Source of the DNA: Hypanus sabinus
Lineage: Eukaryota
Direction: 5' to 3'
NCBI RefSeq assembly: GCF_030144855.1
Contig: NC_082716.1
Span: 67,952,001-68,016,000 of the forward strand
DNA: 64,000 bases
The notes below the pieces were generated by a model. It was not told the origin of the DNA and did not search any database. It saw only the letters and a list, made by a program, of their open reading frames with translations. Position numbers and translations under genes: made by a program. Every line of letters starts with the position of its first letter. Positions within the stretch are counted from its first letter, which is position 1. This document shows positions 32,480-46,200 of this stretch, piece after piece.

Positions 32480-35400
32480 TTGCACAGTAGAAAGAGCCTG
32501 CTTGTATTTACCCTATCTATACTCCTCACCTCTATCAAATGTCCCCTCAATCTTCTACATTCCAAGGATTAAAGTCCTAACCTGTTCAATCTTTCCTTAT
32601 AACTCAGGTCCTCCAGACCCGGCAACGTCCTTGTAAATTTTCTCTGCACTCTTTCAATCTTATTTACATCTTTCCTGTACAGAGGTGACCAAAACTTCAC
32701 ACAATACTCCAAATTAGGCCTCACCAATGTCTTGTACAACTTCAACATAACTTCCCTTCTCCTGTTCCCAATACTTTGATTTATGAAGGTACGGTGCCAA
32801 ACGTTTTCTTTATAACCATGTCTACTTGTATTGCCACTTTTAACGAACTGTATTCCTAGATTTCCCAGATCCCTTTGACTACCACACTCCTTAGTGTGCT
32901 AATGTTCATGATGTAAGATGCTTGCACTCATCTGCATTAAGTTACATCTGCAAATTTTCAGCCCATTTTTCCAACTAATTCAGATCCAGCTGCAAACCAC
33001 GATAGCCTTCCTTGTTGTCCACTACACCCCTAACCTTAGTGTTATCCACAAATTTACTGATTCAGTTAACCACATCATCATTCAGATTGTTGACGTAGAA
33101 TCTATACAAACGAACAACAATGGACCCAGCATCAATCCTTGCTGCACTCCACTAGACACAGGCCTCCAATCAAAAAGGCAACCATCTGCTATCACACTTT
33201 GGCTTCCCTCATAAATCCAATGTCTAATGCAATTTACTGCATCATCTTGAATGCCAAGTGACTAAACCCTCTTGACCAACCCAAATGTCAAATGTCTTAC
33301 TAAAGTCTACGTAGACAACATCCAGTACCTTGTCTTCATTAACTTTCCTGGAAACTTTCTCCAGAATTGTTATAAGCCATGCTGGCTATCCTTAATTAGT
33401 CCATGTCTATCCATATACTTACACACCTGGTCCATCAGAATACCTTCCAATTTCCCTCTACAGATGTCAGGCTCATTGGCCTATAATTTCCAGCTTTATT
33501 TTAGAGAATTTCTCGATCAGTGGAACAACATTAGCTATCCTTCAATCCTCTGCTACCTCATCTGTTGCTAAGGATGATTTAAATATCTCTGCTAGGGGCC
33601 CAGCAATTTCTGCACTTGCCTCCTGCAGGGTCTGAGGGAGTACCTTGTCAGCCCCTCAGGATTTATCCTCCATTATTTTCATTAGGGCAGCAAACACCTC
33701 TGTGTTCTATATAGAGTCTATGAAGTTGATGCCACTTTGCCCCACTTCTATAGACTCTGTGTCCATCTCCTGAGGAAATACAGATGGAGAAAAAATATTT
33801 AAGATTTCCCCCATCTCTTTTGGCTCCATGCATGGATTACCATTCTGATAATCCAGAGGACCAGATTTGTCCCTTTTGCTCTTAACATATTTGTAGAATC
33901 CTTTATGATTCTCCTTCACCTTGCCTGATAAGCAACCTCATACCCTATCTTAGCCCTCCTGATTTTTTCCTTAGGTGTTCTCTTGCACTTCTTGTACTCT
34001 ATATGCACCCCATCTATTCCTACCTGCATATACCTGCTATGCTTCTCCTTTATTTTTCTTAACCATGGCTTCACTGTATCTTGAAGACCAAGGTCCCCTA
34101 TACCTGTTATAGAAACATAGAAAACCTACAGCACAATACAAGCACTTCCATTCACAATGTTGTGCCAAATATGTACTTACTTTAAAATGATGAAGACCAG
34201 TGCACCAAATGCCTTCTTAACCATACGTTCAACCTGTGCAGCAGCTTTGAGTGTCCTGTGGACTCGGATTCCAAGGTCCCTCTGATCCTCCACAGTGCCA
34301 AGAGTCTTACCATTAATGCTATATTCTGCCATCATATTAGACCTACCAAAATGAACCACCTCACATTAATCTGGGTTAAACTCCTTTTGCCACTTCTCAG
34401 CCAAGTTTTGCAACATATTGATGTCCACACTATCCATAACACCCCAATCTTTGGGTCATCAGCAAATTTACAAACCCATCCCTCCACTTCCTCATCCAGG
34501 TCACTTATAAAAATCCTGAAGAGAAGGGGTCCCAGAACAGATCCCTGAGGCACACCACTGGTCACCGACCTCCATGCAGAATATGACCAGTCTACAACCA
34601 CTCTTTGCCTTCTGTGAGCAAGCCAATTCTGAATCCACAAAGCAAGAACCCCTTGGCTCCCATGCCTCCTTACTTTCTCAATAAGCCTTTCATGGGATAC
34701 CTTATCAAATACCTTGCTGAAATCCAAATACACTAAATCTACTGCTCTACCTTCATCGACATGTTTAGTCACAGAGGTCACCTCTCATCCTCCGTTCCCC
34801 CACGGAGAAAAGGCTGTGTTCACTCAACCTATTCTCATAAGGCATGCTCTCCAATCCAGGCAACATCCTTGTAAATCTCCTCTGCACCCTTTCTATAGTT
34901 TCCGCATCCTTCCTGTATTGAGGTGACAAAACTGAGCACAGTACTCCAAGTGTGGTCTAACCAGGGTTCTCTATAGTTGGAGCATTACCTCTTGGACCTA
35001 TTATCTTTACCTTTTATTCTGTCAGGCACGTAGAATCTTTGTACTCTCAAAATTTCACTTTTGAAGGCCTCCCACTTACCAAGTACAAATTTTTGCCAGA
35101 AAACAGCCTGTCAGATCCATTCTGATACCATCAAAATTGTCCTTTCTCCAATTTAGAATTTCAACCCACAGACCAGATTTATCCACCATATTTTCTTTGA
35201 AACTAATGACATTGTGATCATTAGATGCAAAGTGTTCCCCAACACAACTTCCTGTCACCTGCCCCATCTCATTTCCTAATAGCGGAGCAAGTATTGCACC
35301 CTCTTTCTTAAGGACTTTACATACTGATTAAGTAAACTTCCCTGAACACATTTGACAAACTCTATCCCATCTCGGCATTTTACAGTGTGAGAGTCCCAAT

Positions 35401-36600
35401 CAATATATGGAAAGTAAAAATCACCTAACTATAACAACTTGATGTTTCTTGCAACAGTCTACAATCTCTCTGCAAATTTGTTCCTCTAAATTCTTTAGAC
35501 TGTTGGGTCGTCTATAATATAGCCCCATTAATGTGGTGATACCTTTCTTATTCCTCAGTTCCACCCATAACGCTTTACCAGTCGCATTCTGTAGTCTGTC
35601 CTGATTGAGTACTGCCGTGACATTTTCCCTGGCTAGTAACGCCACCCCTCCTCCTTTTATCCCTCCCGCTCTGTCATGTCTAAAACTTCTGAACCCCAGA
35701 ATACTGAGCTGTCAGTCCTGTCCCTCCTACAATCAAGTCTCACTAATGACTGCAATTTCATAATTCCACGTGTTGATGAATACCCTGAGCTCATCTGCCT
35801 TTCCTATGATACCTCTTGCATTGAAATGTATGCAGCTCAGAACATTAGTTGCATCATTCTCAACCTTTTGATTCCTGACTTTGTCTGAGGTCTTAACAAC
35901 ATCTTCACTAACTGTTCTGGCACTCTGGTTCCCAGCCCATTGCATCTCTAGTTTAAACTCCACTGTGCAGCACTGGATGGATATTAGTCCCCTTCCAGTT
36001 CAGGTACAACCTTCTCTTTTGTACAGGTTCCAACTTCCCTATAAGAGAGTTCAATGATCCAAAAATCTTATGCCCCCCCCCCCTCCTAGACCAACCACTC
36101 AGGCACGTGTTAACCTGGATTATCTTTCTATTTCTGGCCTCACTAGCATGTTACATCAGTAGCAATCCCGAGATCACAATCCTGAAGGTCCTGCCTTTTA
36201 ACTTAGTACCCAATTCCCTGAATTCACTTTGCAGAACCTCATACTCTTCCTAACTAGGTCATTGATATCTGCATGGACCACGACCTCTGTTTGTTCACTC
36301 TCTCACTTAAGAATGCTGAGGACTCGATCTGAGATGTCCCAGACCCTGGCACCCAAGAAGCAATGTACCACCCAGGAATCTCATTCTTGTCCACTGAACC
36401 TCCTTTGTGTTCCCCTATCACCAAAGCCCACCTCTTCTCCCCCACCTTCCATTCTGTCACAGAGTCAGACTCAGTGCCTAACCACTATGTCTCAGACTCA
36501 GACTCAGAGACCTAACCACTATGTCTTTCCTCTGCTGGGTCATTGCCCCCAACAGTATCCAAAGTGGTATACCTGTTGTTGAGGGGGATGGCCACAGGGG
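32480..36600 (-). mobile_element. Cluster of degenerate CR1 LINE segments (3' end, RT, APE, ORF1 esterase)
   Basis: ORF 34332-34781 ([15 protein letters not shown]...[13 protein letters not shown]...KFADD), ORF 35421-35645 (APE), ORF 36254-36460 (ORF1). Confidence 0.85.
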
Positions 36601-36879
36601 CACACTAACTCTTTGTTAGAGATTATTCTTCAGTTATGAGATTATGAATTATATAATTATAATTTAATTAAAATGAGAACCAGTCTTTGGGAAACAAATC
36701 TGTTTACAATTTAACTTCTGGATGTATTTTCTGGCTAGTGAAACCAATCATTGGCTATGGGGCATTCAGATTTTGTCCCATTGAAACTATGCAGAGAAAG
36801 GTAGTAGATGAAAGTCCATGTAGCTGGGATCATTGTAAATAGCAGAATAGGAGCAGAGAAGCTGTTAAGTGGCCCCCTC

Positions 36880-37620
36880 CTGTATTAGCACATTGTTTAA
36901 TGTGTATCCCAGTCATTCATACATAATCTGGTTTGTCATTTAACATTCTGGGTCGTTGCATATTCAGAGAGAAGTCAGACTGCATGTATGGAGGGGAATA
37001 AACAGTCAATATTCTAAGCTAGGACCCTTCATTAGGACTGGAAATGAAGGGGGCAGGGAAGGAGTGCAAGAGGGCAGGTGGTAGGTGAGGGCAAAGGTGG
37101 GAAGGCAGGGATGAAGTAAGAAGTTGGGAAGGGATGGGTGGAAGGGACAAAGGGATGGGTGGAAGGGACAAAGGGCTGAAGAGAAAGGAACCTAATAGAA
37201 GAGGACAATGGAGGGATGAGGGGAACCAGAGGGAGGTAATGGGCAGGTTAGAAGAGAAGGGGTGAAAGGGGGCCCAGAATGGGGAATGGAAAAAAGAGAG
37301 AAGGGCAGAGGGGGGAATAATTGCTGAAAGTTAGAGAAATTGATGCTCATGCCATTAGGTTGGAGGCTACCCAGGTGGGATATGAGGTGTTGCTCCTCTA
37401 CACTGCATATGGGCTCATCGTGTCAGTAGAGGAGGTCATGGACAGACATGTTGGAATTGGAATGGGATGTGGAATTGAAATGGGCAGCCACTGGGAGATC
37501 CTGTCTTTCGCAACAGAAAGAACAGAGGTTCTTGACAAAGTGGTCCCCCAATCTGTGACTTGCTGATTTCCTTCAATGTTTTATGCAGGTCTTTCAAGAT
37601 TTCTAGCATATGCAGAATCT
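36880..37620 (-). mobile_element. Penelope-like 3' fragment
   Basis: Reverse complement of the GIY-YIG region and purine-rich 3' tract; homologous to 42960-43450. Confidence 0.7.
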
Positions 37621-39099
37621 CTTGTGTTTATACTGTATATTCAGGGGATCTACTATTAACACTGTAACAAAGGGAGTATATTTTGGTTTAGAAGTGTCCA
37701 CAACGATAGCAGTACTGAATATTCAAAGGGTTTTGCTGGTTAGAAAGTGCTTCCATTGCAAACAAGTAATTCTGTAAAATGTTGAAGTAGGTGATTACAG
37801 CCACTGAAACAGCAATTAATCATTTTATTGTTATCTTTGTATTTAAAAGATATAAAATGTTAGGAGAATGGGACACTCTTAGATTTTCTCTCTGAAGGTC
37901 TGCTGTGTGCATAAAGACACATTTCACAGTTACAGCTTCCCTGTGGCCCAGTTTTAGTCAGTCGCAATGACTCGATGACCAGTCTCCTGTGTTGATCTTA
38001 GCTGAAGATTTCTGAAAATCCAAATTCTACTCATTCCTTCTACCCTTTCCCTCTTAGCTGTTCTACTCAACCAAACTCACTAAAACTAATATTTCCTGGA
38101 TTATATTCTGTAAGATTTTGCTGCCAACTGATGTTAAGCCAACAAACCAGTAAATACCTTTTGTTTGCTTTCTTCCCTCTTTGAATAATGGAATTGCATC
38201 TGGATGTTTCCAATCTGCTGGTACCCTCCCTGAATTATCTCTGCAGCCACACCATTTAAAATCCTTGATGAAGGCCATTGGCAACTGGTGACTTGTCTGC
38301 CTTTACTGTCTGATTATGGTTTTTTCATGTTTTACTATGCTGGTTGAAACTTGCCTAAATTCTTTCCAAGTTTTCTGGTCATTCATCCTTGACCCATATA
38401 CTCCAGCACCGTCTACATTACTGCCTGGGAGTAAACAGGTGATTGCTTCCATTACTTCTCTTTCCATCCCTTCTTAAATATTTCCTACCCTCTCATCCAC
38501 TGGAACTGTTCCTGAAGCTGTAAAGTTTTGGATGATAAAAGGAATATTTAATATCTTTATAGTCACCTCTTTTAATTCTCTGAATGTAGGGATGTTGGTC
38601 ATTGAGTAATTGGGATATTTTATAATTAATACTTATTTTCTTCAATGTTTAATTTTCATTAGACAGTTGGTATTTCAAACAGTTACTTAATGCTCTCTTG
38701 TGTGAAAATAATGACAAAGTAATTGCTCAGCACCTCAGCAATTTCATTGTTTACAATTATGAATTCCCCCAGTCTTTGCTTTTAAAGGACCCACACTCAT
38801 CCTTCCTTGTTTTTTCCTTTTTTCCTTTTACAATCCATCTTCATGATTTTTGTGGGTATGCTTCCAAGTTCTATCTTCCCTGTCTTTAGTAACTGCAGTA
38901 TTATAAAATGTTTCAAATATCATGCCTAACTGATATTACTGGCACATTTTAAGCCTCTTCCTTGGCTACCTTTATTTTTTTCCTGTTATTCATGGATGAA
39001 CACTTCCCTTTTTGGCCAACAGTGCCATAAATGGCCTATATACTTCTGCAAAATATGAAGTCAGACAGCATTTTCCACAACAGTACGTCCCTTCCCGAA

Positions 39100-40200
39100 G
39101 GTCTTAATTCAGTCTATGCATGAAGGGAATTAGAACATCAGCACCCAACCTGCCAGTCTCTAATGCACCTGAAGCACAGTCATTGTTGTGGAATGAAAGG
39201 TCAATTTTCAGGAGAGTAAAACCATGGAAGGCAGTTGGCTTGGATGGTGTCCCTGGCCAACTCCTTAGATCCTGCACAGATCAGCTGGTGGAGGTATTTG
39301 ATGGCATTTTTAACCTCTCTCTGATCCAATCTGAGGTTCCCAGCTACTTTAAGAAGACCATTACCAATAAAGTAACATGCCTTAAATTGCGTTGAGAGAC
39401 TGGTCATGACACACATCATCTTCAACTTTCCGGACAACATCAAGCCACTGCAATTCACCCATCGCTAAAACAGGTCTATGGCAGATGCCTCTCCCTGGCC
39501 CTATGTTCATCTCTGGAGCACCTGGACAGTAAAGACATCTATGCTAGACTATTGTTTATTGACTGCAGCTCCGCCTTCAATATTAAAATTCAAAGCTAAC
39601 TGATCTCCATGCTCCTAAACCTGAGACTCCATTGGAACTAGATCCTTGACTTCCTGACTGACAGATGATATCAGTAAAGACAGACAGCAACACCTCCTCC
39701 ACAATTATTCCCAATGCTGTCTCCCTACAAAGCTGCATCCTCAGCCCATTCCAATCCAGTGCTACAGCCTCATGGCATGGTATGGCCATTCCTGTTTCTG
39801 TGACAAAAGAATCTGCAGAGAGTTGTTGAGGCCACAGCTCAAGGCATCATGGCAACCTGACCCTCACCTTCCCTCCATAGACTCTGTCTATACTTCTAGC
39901 TGCCTTGGTAATGTAACCAGCATAATCAAAGGCACCATCCACCTTGAACATTCTCTCTTCCCCATCCCGCTTCCTCACCATTGGGAAGAAGATACAAAGA
40001 CTGAAAACAAATACACCCATACTCAAGGACAATTTCAATCTCACTGTTATAAGATTACTGAAGGTTCTTTAGTAAGATCAGATGGATCTTTTCATCTCAC
40101 AATCTACCTTGCTGTGATCTTACACCATACTGTCCACCTGCACTGTAACACTTTATTCGGTGCACTATTATTGTTTTACCTTGTTTACCATTGTAGTAGT
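39100..40200 (+). mobile_element. Rex1/Babar-type LINE fragments
   Basis: KAVGLDGVPGQLLRSCTDQLVEVFDGIFNLSL; LFIDCSSAFN; 3' ORF 39772-40224. Confidence 0.8.
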
Positions 40201-41090
40201 AGGCCCTCTGTTGATCAGGGTTGACCATGGACATTGTGTCCTAGCTGCCTACACAAGCCAGGGCAGTATGAAACGGAGAGCAAGCTGTTGTCCGTGCAGC
40301 AGGCTCCTTCTCTCCATGCAGTTGACGAATCCAAAGGAACTGCCAATACCAATACAGTTTGCACCAGTGGCATTGCAAGAGTTGCAACATTGAACTCAAC
40401 ATAGGACTGCCTGAGGGACTCCAGTTCGAGAATTTTCCTTGGGGTTTACTCCTGAAGCCTTCCCCATGAATAGGTATAGCAGCAAGGCAGTGGAGATTTG
40501 AGATCAGAGTTTTCCTTCTCCCTGATGAGCTACCAGCTATGGCTGATGAGCCCCGTCTGCCCAAAATGATTGGTTTTAAGACGTTGGTAACCCACCATTG
40601 CCCTTTCACCTGTCAATAGAAATGGTTCTACTGGGCTTAGTAGCTAAGCCACATATGAAAGCAGGAGGTGGACTTGGTTTTTAAGACATTATTTGAGATG
40701 CACATGTCTGGGAGCATTAAATAGATAGTGGGAGCTTATCCCCACTACTAGCCCCCCCCCCCCCAGCTATGACAATGTTAAGGAACCTGCTGCATTTACT
40801 TATGTAATGAATTAAAAATGCAAAAGATTCTGCAGATGCTGGAAACAGACAAAATGGTGGAGGAACTCAGCAGGTCAGGCAGCATCTATGGAGGGGAATA
40901 AGCAGTCAATGTTTTGGGCTGAGACTCTTCATCAGAGCTGTAATGAATTTATCTGTATGAACAGTATGCAAGACACATTTTTCACTGTACTTCAGTATAT
41001 GTAACAATAATGAACCAATTGACCAATTTACAAATTTGCATATTAAATGACCTGAAATACCTTTTGCCAAGTTTGAAGTTAAGGACTCAT

Positions 41091-41408
41091 CAGGGGTGAT
41101 TGATAAGTTTGTGGCCTAAGGTAGAAGGAAATGAGTTATTTTAACTTTCTGCATAATCATGCAAAGAGTTGAACTGCACGTACATACAATGAGAGCTGTA
41201 TAACTCATCTCCTTCTACCTTAGGCTACGAACTTATCACAATCACCCATCTGTGGACAATTTCTGGAGGTCCAAGATCCGTATGCTCCACGACCACTGGA
41301 CTAAGTGTGTAAACGCAGGAGGGGATTATGTTGAAAAATAAATGTGCTAGATTTTCTAAAATTGACTCCTTCTACCTTAGGCCACGAGCTTATCAATCAC
41401 TCTTTGTA
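41091..41408 (+). mobile_element. Mariner-derived non-autonomous element (inverted-repeat module, transposase C terminus, right TIR)
   Basis: GGGGTGATTGATAAGTTTGTGGCCTAAGGTAGAAGGA at 41093 with reverse-complement copies at about 41210-41245 and 41368-41403; HDHWTKCVNAGGDYVEK* is a mariner C terminus. Confidence 0.8.
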
Positions 41409-41999
41409 AATTACCCTGCAAGCTACTTTTCTACTTCCTTCCTCTGTCATAAACCTATGCTATTTAGTTTCATTAATCTCATTCCTTACTAATAGCGCAA
41501 CACAATTTCCTTTTCCTTTATTTTTGACTTTCCTACATGTCAAATATCTTTAACTATTCAGTTTTGATCACTCTACAGCCGCATTTCACATAGAAATTGT
41601 ATCATGGCCTTTTGCCTCGAGTAGTGCCGTAATGCATCCACCTTGTTGCAAATGCATGAGCATACAGATGTAACACTTTTCATGTTGTCTTTGTAATACT
41701 CTTCTGTACTGTACTTTGAGTCTATATTCTACCTGACTTTGTTTCTTCATCCTATTTATTTGAGCCACAATGCCGAGGATGACTGCTACTTTTCGAACTT
41801 TCCCTTCTTCCTTTATTTCTCTCTTTCCTAGATCCCATTGCCCCAACACCAATCTATCCATATAATCACAAAAAAAGCGAGGAATCCAGAAGAAGCACAA
41901 AAGATTATACTTGAAATGTGCCAGGAAAAGTAAGTGAGTGAGAAGGGCATAAACAGCACTTCTACTTTTTTTTTAGGAGATTGCATAGAGTTGGCATGT

Positions 42000-42570
42000 C
42001 ATCTAAAATTTTGACAAAAACTTCCGTATTTGTCCACTAGAGAGTTTCCTGGCTGATTGCTTGGTATGGGAACACCAGTGCCCTGGAACAGAGAAGTCTA
42101 CATAAAGTGGTGGGTACAGCTCAGTCCATCGCAGGCAATACCATCCCCAGCATTGAGCACAGTTGCAAGGAATGCTGCCGCAAGAAAACACCGTCCTTCA
42201 TTATGGATTTCTTTCATTGAGGCCATGCTCCCTTTTCGCTAATACCATGAGGCATGAGGCACAGGAGCCTTAGGTCCCACACCACTGGGTTGAGGAAAAT
42301 TATTATCCTACAACCATCAGGCTCCTGAACCAGCGTGGATAGCTTCACTTACTTCAATGCTGAACTGACTTATAGAATCACTTTTGAGGACTCAACAACT
42401 CAGAATCATTTATACCTTTTTAATTTATTATTTGCATGATTTGCCCTCTTATTTATTGGATGCTTATTTTCATAAATTCTATTGAATTCCTTTAATTTCT
42501 GCAAGAAAATTAACCTGAAGGTGGTATATTGTGACATATACCTTGATAATAAGTTTACTTTGAACTAGAA
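42000..42570 (+). mobile_element. Rex1/Babar-type LINE 3' fragment
   Basis: Homologous to 61430-62060; tail GATAATAAGTTTACTTTGAACT. Confidence 0.7.
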
Positions 42571-42614
42571 AGTTATGATGATAGATTTAGCTAGGAAAAA
42601 TAGGAGGAGGCTAC

Positions 42615-42835
42615 GATGGCCCAGAACCTTGGTGTTAGGCTACATCACACCGCAGTTTATCACTGACAGCAGTCCAATAGCCTATGCGAGCAGTTTCACC
42701 ACTCCTTAAAGGCTGCTCTGACGATTTCCTGACAGATAAGTGTTGGCGTGGTTGTCTCCTGTGGGTCCTGCCGAGGCTCAGACTGCTCCAAAGGAGGACT
42801 TGCAGTCATCCGTGGCTGAGTTGGTATATGGAGAG
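42615..42835 (+). mobile_element. Gypsy integrase fragment
   Basis: Frameshifted MAQNLGVRLHHTAVYH.QSN..CE.FH.SLKAAL...WVL...RTAPKEDLQSSVAELVYGE. Confidence 0.7.
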
Positions 42836-42839
42836 CTGT

Positions 42840-44960
42840 TAAAAGTAAGAGAAAATCTGCAGATGCTGGAAATCCAAAGCAAAACACACAAAATGCTGGA
42901 GAAACTCAGCGGGCCAGGCAGCATCTATGGAGAAGAGTCAACATTTTGGGCTGAGACCCTTCATCAGGACTGGAAAGAAAGATAAGTTAGATCAAAAAGA
43001 TAAGGGGAGGGGAGGAAGAAGTACAAGGTGGTAGGTGACAGGTGAAACTGGAAGGGGGGATAGGTGAAGTAAAGAGCTGGGAAGCTGGTAGGTGAAAGAG
43101 ATAAAGGGTTGGTGAAGGGGAAATCTGATAGATGACCATGGAAGAAAGAGAAGGGGGAGAAGTACCAGAGGGAGGTGATGGATAGGTAAGAGAGGGAAAC
43201 AGGAATGGGGAATGGCAAGAGGGTGGGGGGGGGGGTATCAGAGGTTCGAGAAACCAATATTCATGTCATCAGGTTGGAGGCTACCAATACAGAATATAAA
43301 GAGTTGCTCCTCAAATCTGAGTGTGGCCTTATTGATGAAGTAGAGGAGGCCATGGACCGCCATGTTGGAATGCGAATGGGAAGTAGAATTGAAGTAGACA
43401 GCCACCGGCAGATCCTCCTTTTTCTGGCGAACAGAACATAGGTGCTCGGCGAAGCAGTCTCACAGTCTATGTTGGGACTCACTGATATACAGGAGCACCG
43501 GATGTGGCAGATGACCCCAACAGACTTACGGGTGAAGTGTTGCCTCACCTGGAAGGACTGTTAAGGGCCCCAAATGGTAGTGAAGGAGGTGGTATAGGAG
43601 CAGGTGCTTGCAAGGATAAGAAGCAGGAGGGAGATCAGTGGGGAGGGATGAATGGACAAGGGAGTCGCACAGAGAGCGACCCCTGCAGAAAGTGGAAAGT
43701 TAGGGAGAGGGAAAGGTACGTTTGGTAGTGGGATTATTTGGAGATGGCAGAAGTTACACAGAATTATGTTCTAGACACAGAGGCTGTTGTGGTGGTAAGT
43801 GAGGACAAGAAGAATCCTATCCCTGGTGAGGTGGCAGGAGGATGGGGTGACGGCAGACATGCGTGAAATGGAAGAGATGCAGGTGAGGGCAGCATTGATG
43901 GTGGAGGAAGGAAAGCCCCTTTCTTTGAAGAAGGAGGACATCTCATTAATTCTAGAGTGAAAAGCCTCATCCTGCAGTGAAGACGGAGGAACTGAAGGAA
44001 GGGAATGGCATTTTTACAGTTGACCGGGTGGGAAGAGGCACGGTCCAGGTAGCTGTGAGAATCAGTGGGTTTGTAAAAGATATCTGTAGATAAACTGTCT
44101 CCAAAGATAGAGACAGAGAAATAGAGAAAGGGGAAGGAGGTGTTGCAAATGGACCAGGTAAATTTGAGGGCAGGTTGGAGGTTGGAGACAAAGTTGATGA
44201 AATCAATGAGCTCAGCACGGGTGCAGGAAGCAGCACCAATGTAGTCATTGATGTAGCATAGGAAAAGTTGGGGAGTGATACCAGTGTAGGCTTTGAACAT
44301 AGACTGTTCCACGTAGCCAACAAAAAGGCAGGCGTAGCTGGGACCCATATGAGTGGCCATGACTACACCTTCAGTTTGGAGGAAGTGGGCGGAACCAAAG
44401 GAGAAATTATTGAGAGTGAGGACCAGTTTCTTCAGATGGAGGAGAATGGTGGTGGAAGGGACCAGGTTGGATCTGTTATCTACAAAGAAGCGGAGAGCTT
44501 TAAGGCTCCCCTGATGGGGGTGGAGGTGTATTGGGACTGGAAGTCCATGGTGAAAATGAGACGACCAGGGCCAGGAAATTTGAAGTCATTGCAAAGGTCC
44601 AGAGCATGTGAAGTGACATGGATGTAGTTAGGAAGGGACTGAACCAGCGCAGATAAAACAGAGTCAAGGTATGCAGATATAAGTTTGGTTGGCAGGAACA
44701 AGTGGAAACAATGGGTCTACCAGGACAGGCAGGTTTGTGAATCTTGGGTAGGTGGTAGAAATGGGAGGTCCAGGGTAAGGGAACTATGGCAGTGGATGGG
44801 AGATCCCCAGAGTTAATGTCAGTAATGGTGCGGGTGACAATGTTCTGATGGTTGATTGAATATGAGTACCTGGGGTCCTCAGGGGGTCCAAATCGAGAAG
44901 CCTGAAAACTGATCTGGAAGCCATGTGGCACAAGATGATGGCAAGACAAGCACCTGGCAT
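42840..44960 (-). mobile_element. Penelope-like element (RT, GIY-YIG and tail), degenerate
   Basis: ORF 43764-44360 MATHMGPSYACLFVGYVEQSMF...YINDYIG...DIFYKPTDSHSYLD; ORF 44480-44701 LIFTMD; ORF 44500-45042 HLPKIHKPACPGRPIVS. Confidence 0.9.
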
Positions 44961-45559
44961 CCTCACAGGTCCCATTACAAGTGCAAGTTGATTTCATTCC
45001 TGATGTTACAACTGCCTTGTCAGCCTCTGAACAGCATTCCACACTCCTTAGTAAATTCGATTCATACCTCCTATCATGGCGTGCAATACTTTTGGGTTCC
45101 TGGTGACCTACATTCTGCCCCGTTTTTGACCGCCTTGATGCACACCAACATCCCCTTAGCCCCCCCTATCAATGGCCCACCAAGACTTGGTACCTTGCCC
45201 CTGGCATCACAACGTGACCTTGAGTGTGTCATCACACATCTGAATGAGCCAGAGGCTCTCGCTGTTACTCCACCCACAGAACACAGGACTTCAGCCAGGC
45301 TGCTTGCCCAAGCTCCAAATGGGCTCACAATGCCAGTTTTGGTGAATTCTGGAGGGGCCTGAGTAGGGTGAAGTAATTGGTGGAAATGTACATAATTCAC
45401 AATCACCCACATAGGGTTGGAGTTCACTTTAGGAGGCTGGTCTGACGTGATGATGTAACTACGTAAAGATTTTTATATTGCTCTGTGTTCTGTTCTTAGA
45501 GTACAGTAAATGAGCTTTTACGGCTTTTCTTCATCATTTTTATTTGTGAAAACCTGCAG

Positions 45560-45920
45560 TATAAATGGGTGTTTAGTGGTGGAATTACGAAGATAGATGA
45601 AAGGTCAGATAATGTTGAGGAAGTAGGAAGGAGTCAGATTAGGAGAATGGGCAAGGAAGTGGCAGATGGAATACAGTGTCAGGAAGTGAGTAGATTATCT
45701 TCCAAACAGAGAGAAAATTCAGAAATCAGAGGTGTAAAGGGACTTGTGCAGGATTCCCTAAAGGTTAACTTGCAGGTTGAGTTGGTGGTGAGGAAGGCAA
45801 ATGCAATGTTAGCATTCATTTCGAGTGGACTAGAATGTAAAAGCAAGGATGCAGTACTGAGTCTTTATAAAGCACCGGTAAGGCGTCACTAGGAGTATCG
45901 TGAGCAGTTTTGGGCCCCTA
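45560..45920 (+). mobile_element. CR1 fragment
   Basis: VRKANAMLAFISSGLECKSKDAVLSLYKAPVR. Confidence 0.75.
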
Positions 45921-46200
45921 TATATCACTCCAGTTCCTAAATCACTACATAGGCTTCCTGTCCATCAGAGGATTGACTTTAAAGTATTACTACTGGTTTA
46001 TAAAGCACTGAATGGTCTGGGGGCAAAATACATCTCTGATCTCTTGCTGTATTATGAACCTAACTGAGCTCTCAGGCCACCTGGGGTGGGTCTGCTTACC
46101 GTCCCCAGGGTCAAAACTAAACATGGTGAAGCAGCTTTTAGTTATTATGCTCCATCGATCTGCAATAATCTTCCAAAGGATCTGAAGCATCCTTTAACAT
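45920..46200 (+). mobile_element. L2-clade LINE 3' fragment
   Basis: ITPV.KSLHRLPVHQRIDFKVLLLVYKALNGLG...VPRVKTKHGEAAFSYYAP. Confidence 0.75.

Noticed and set aside
36466-36526. CCTAACCACTATGTCT direct repeat as a TSD around a micro-insertion
   Set aside because: Better explained as a local tandem duplication inside a CR1 ORF1 remnant.
45000-45560. 145-aa and 117-aa ORFs and an LTR-like segment
   Set aside because: No recognisable domain or TG...CA/TSD boundaries; probably an unclassified repeat, left unannotated.
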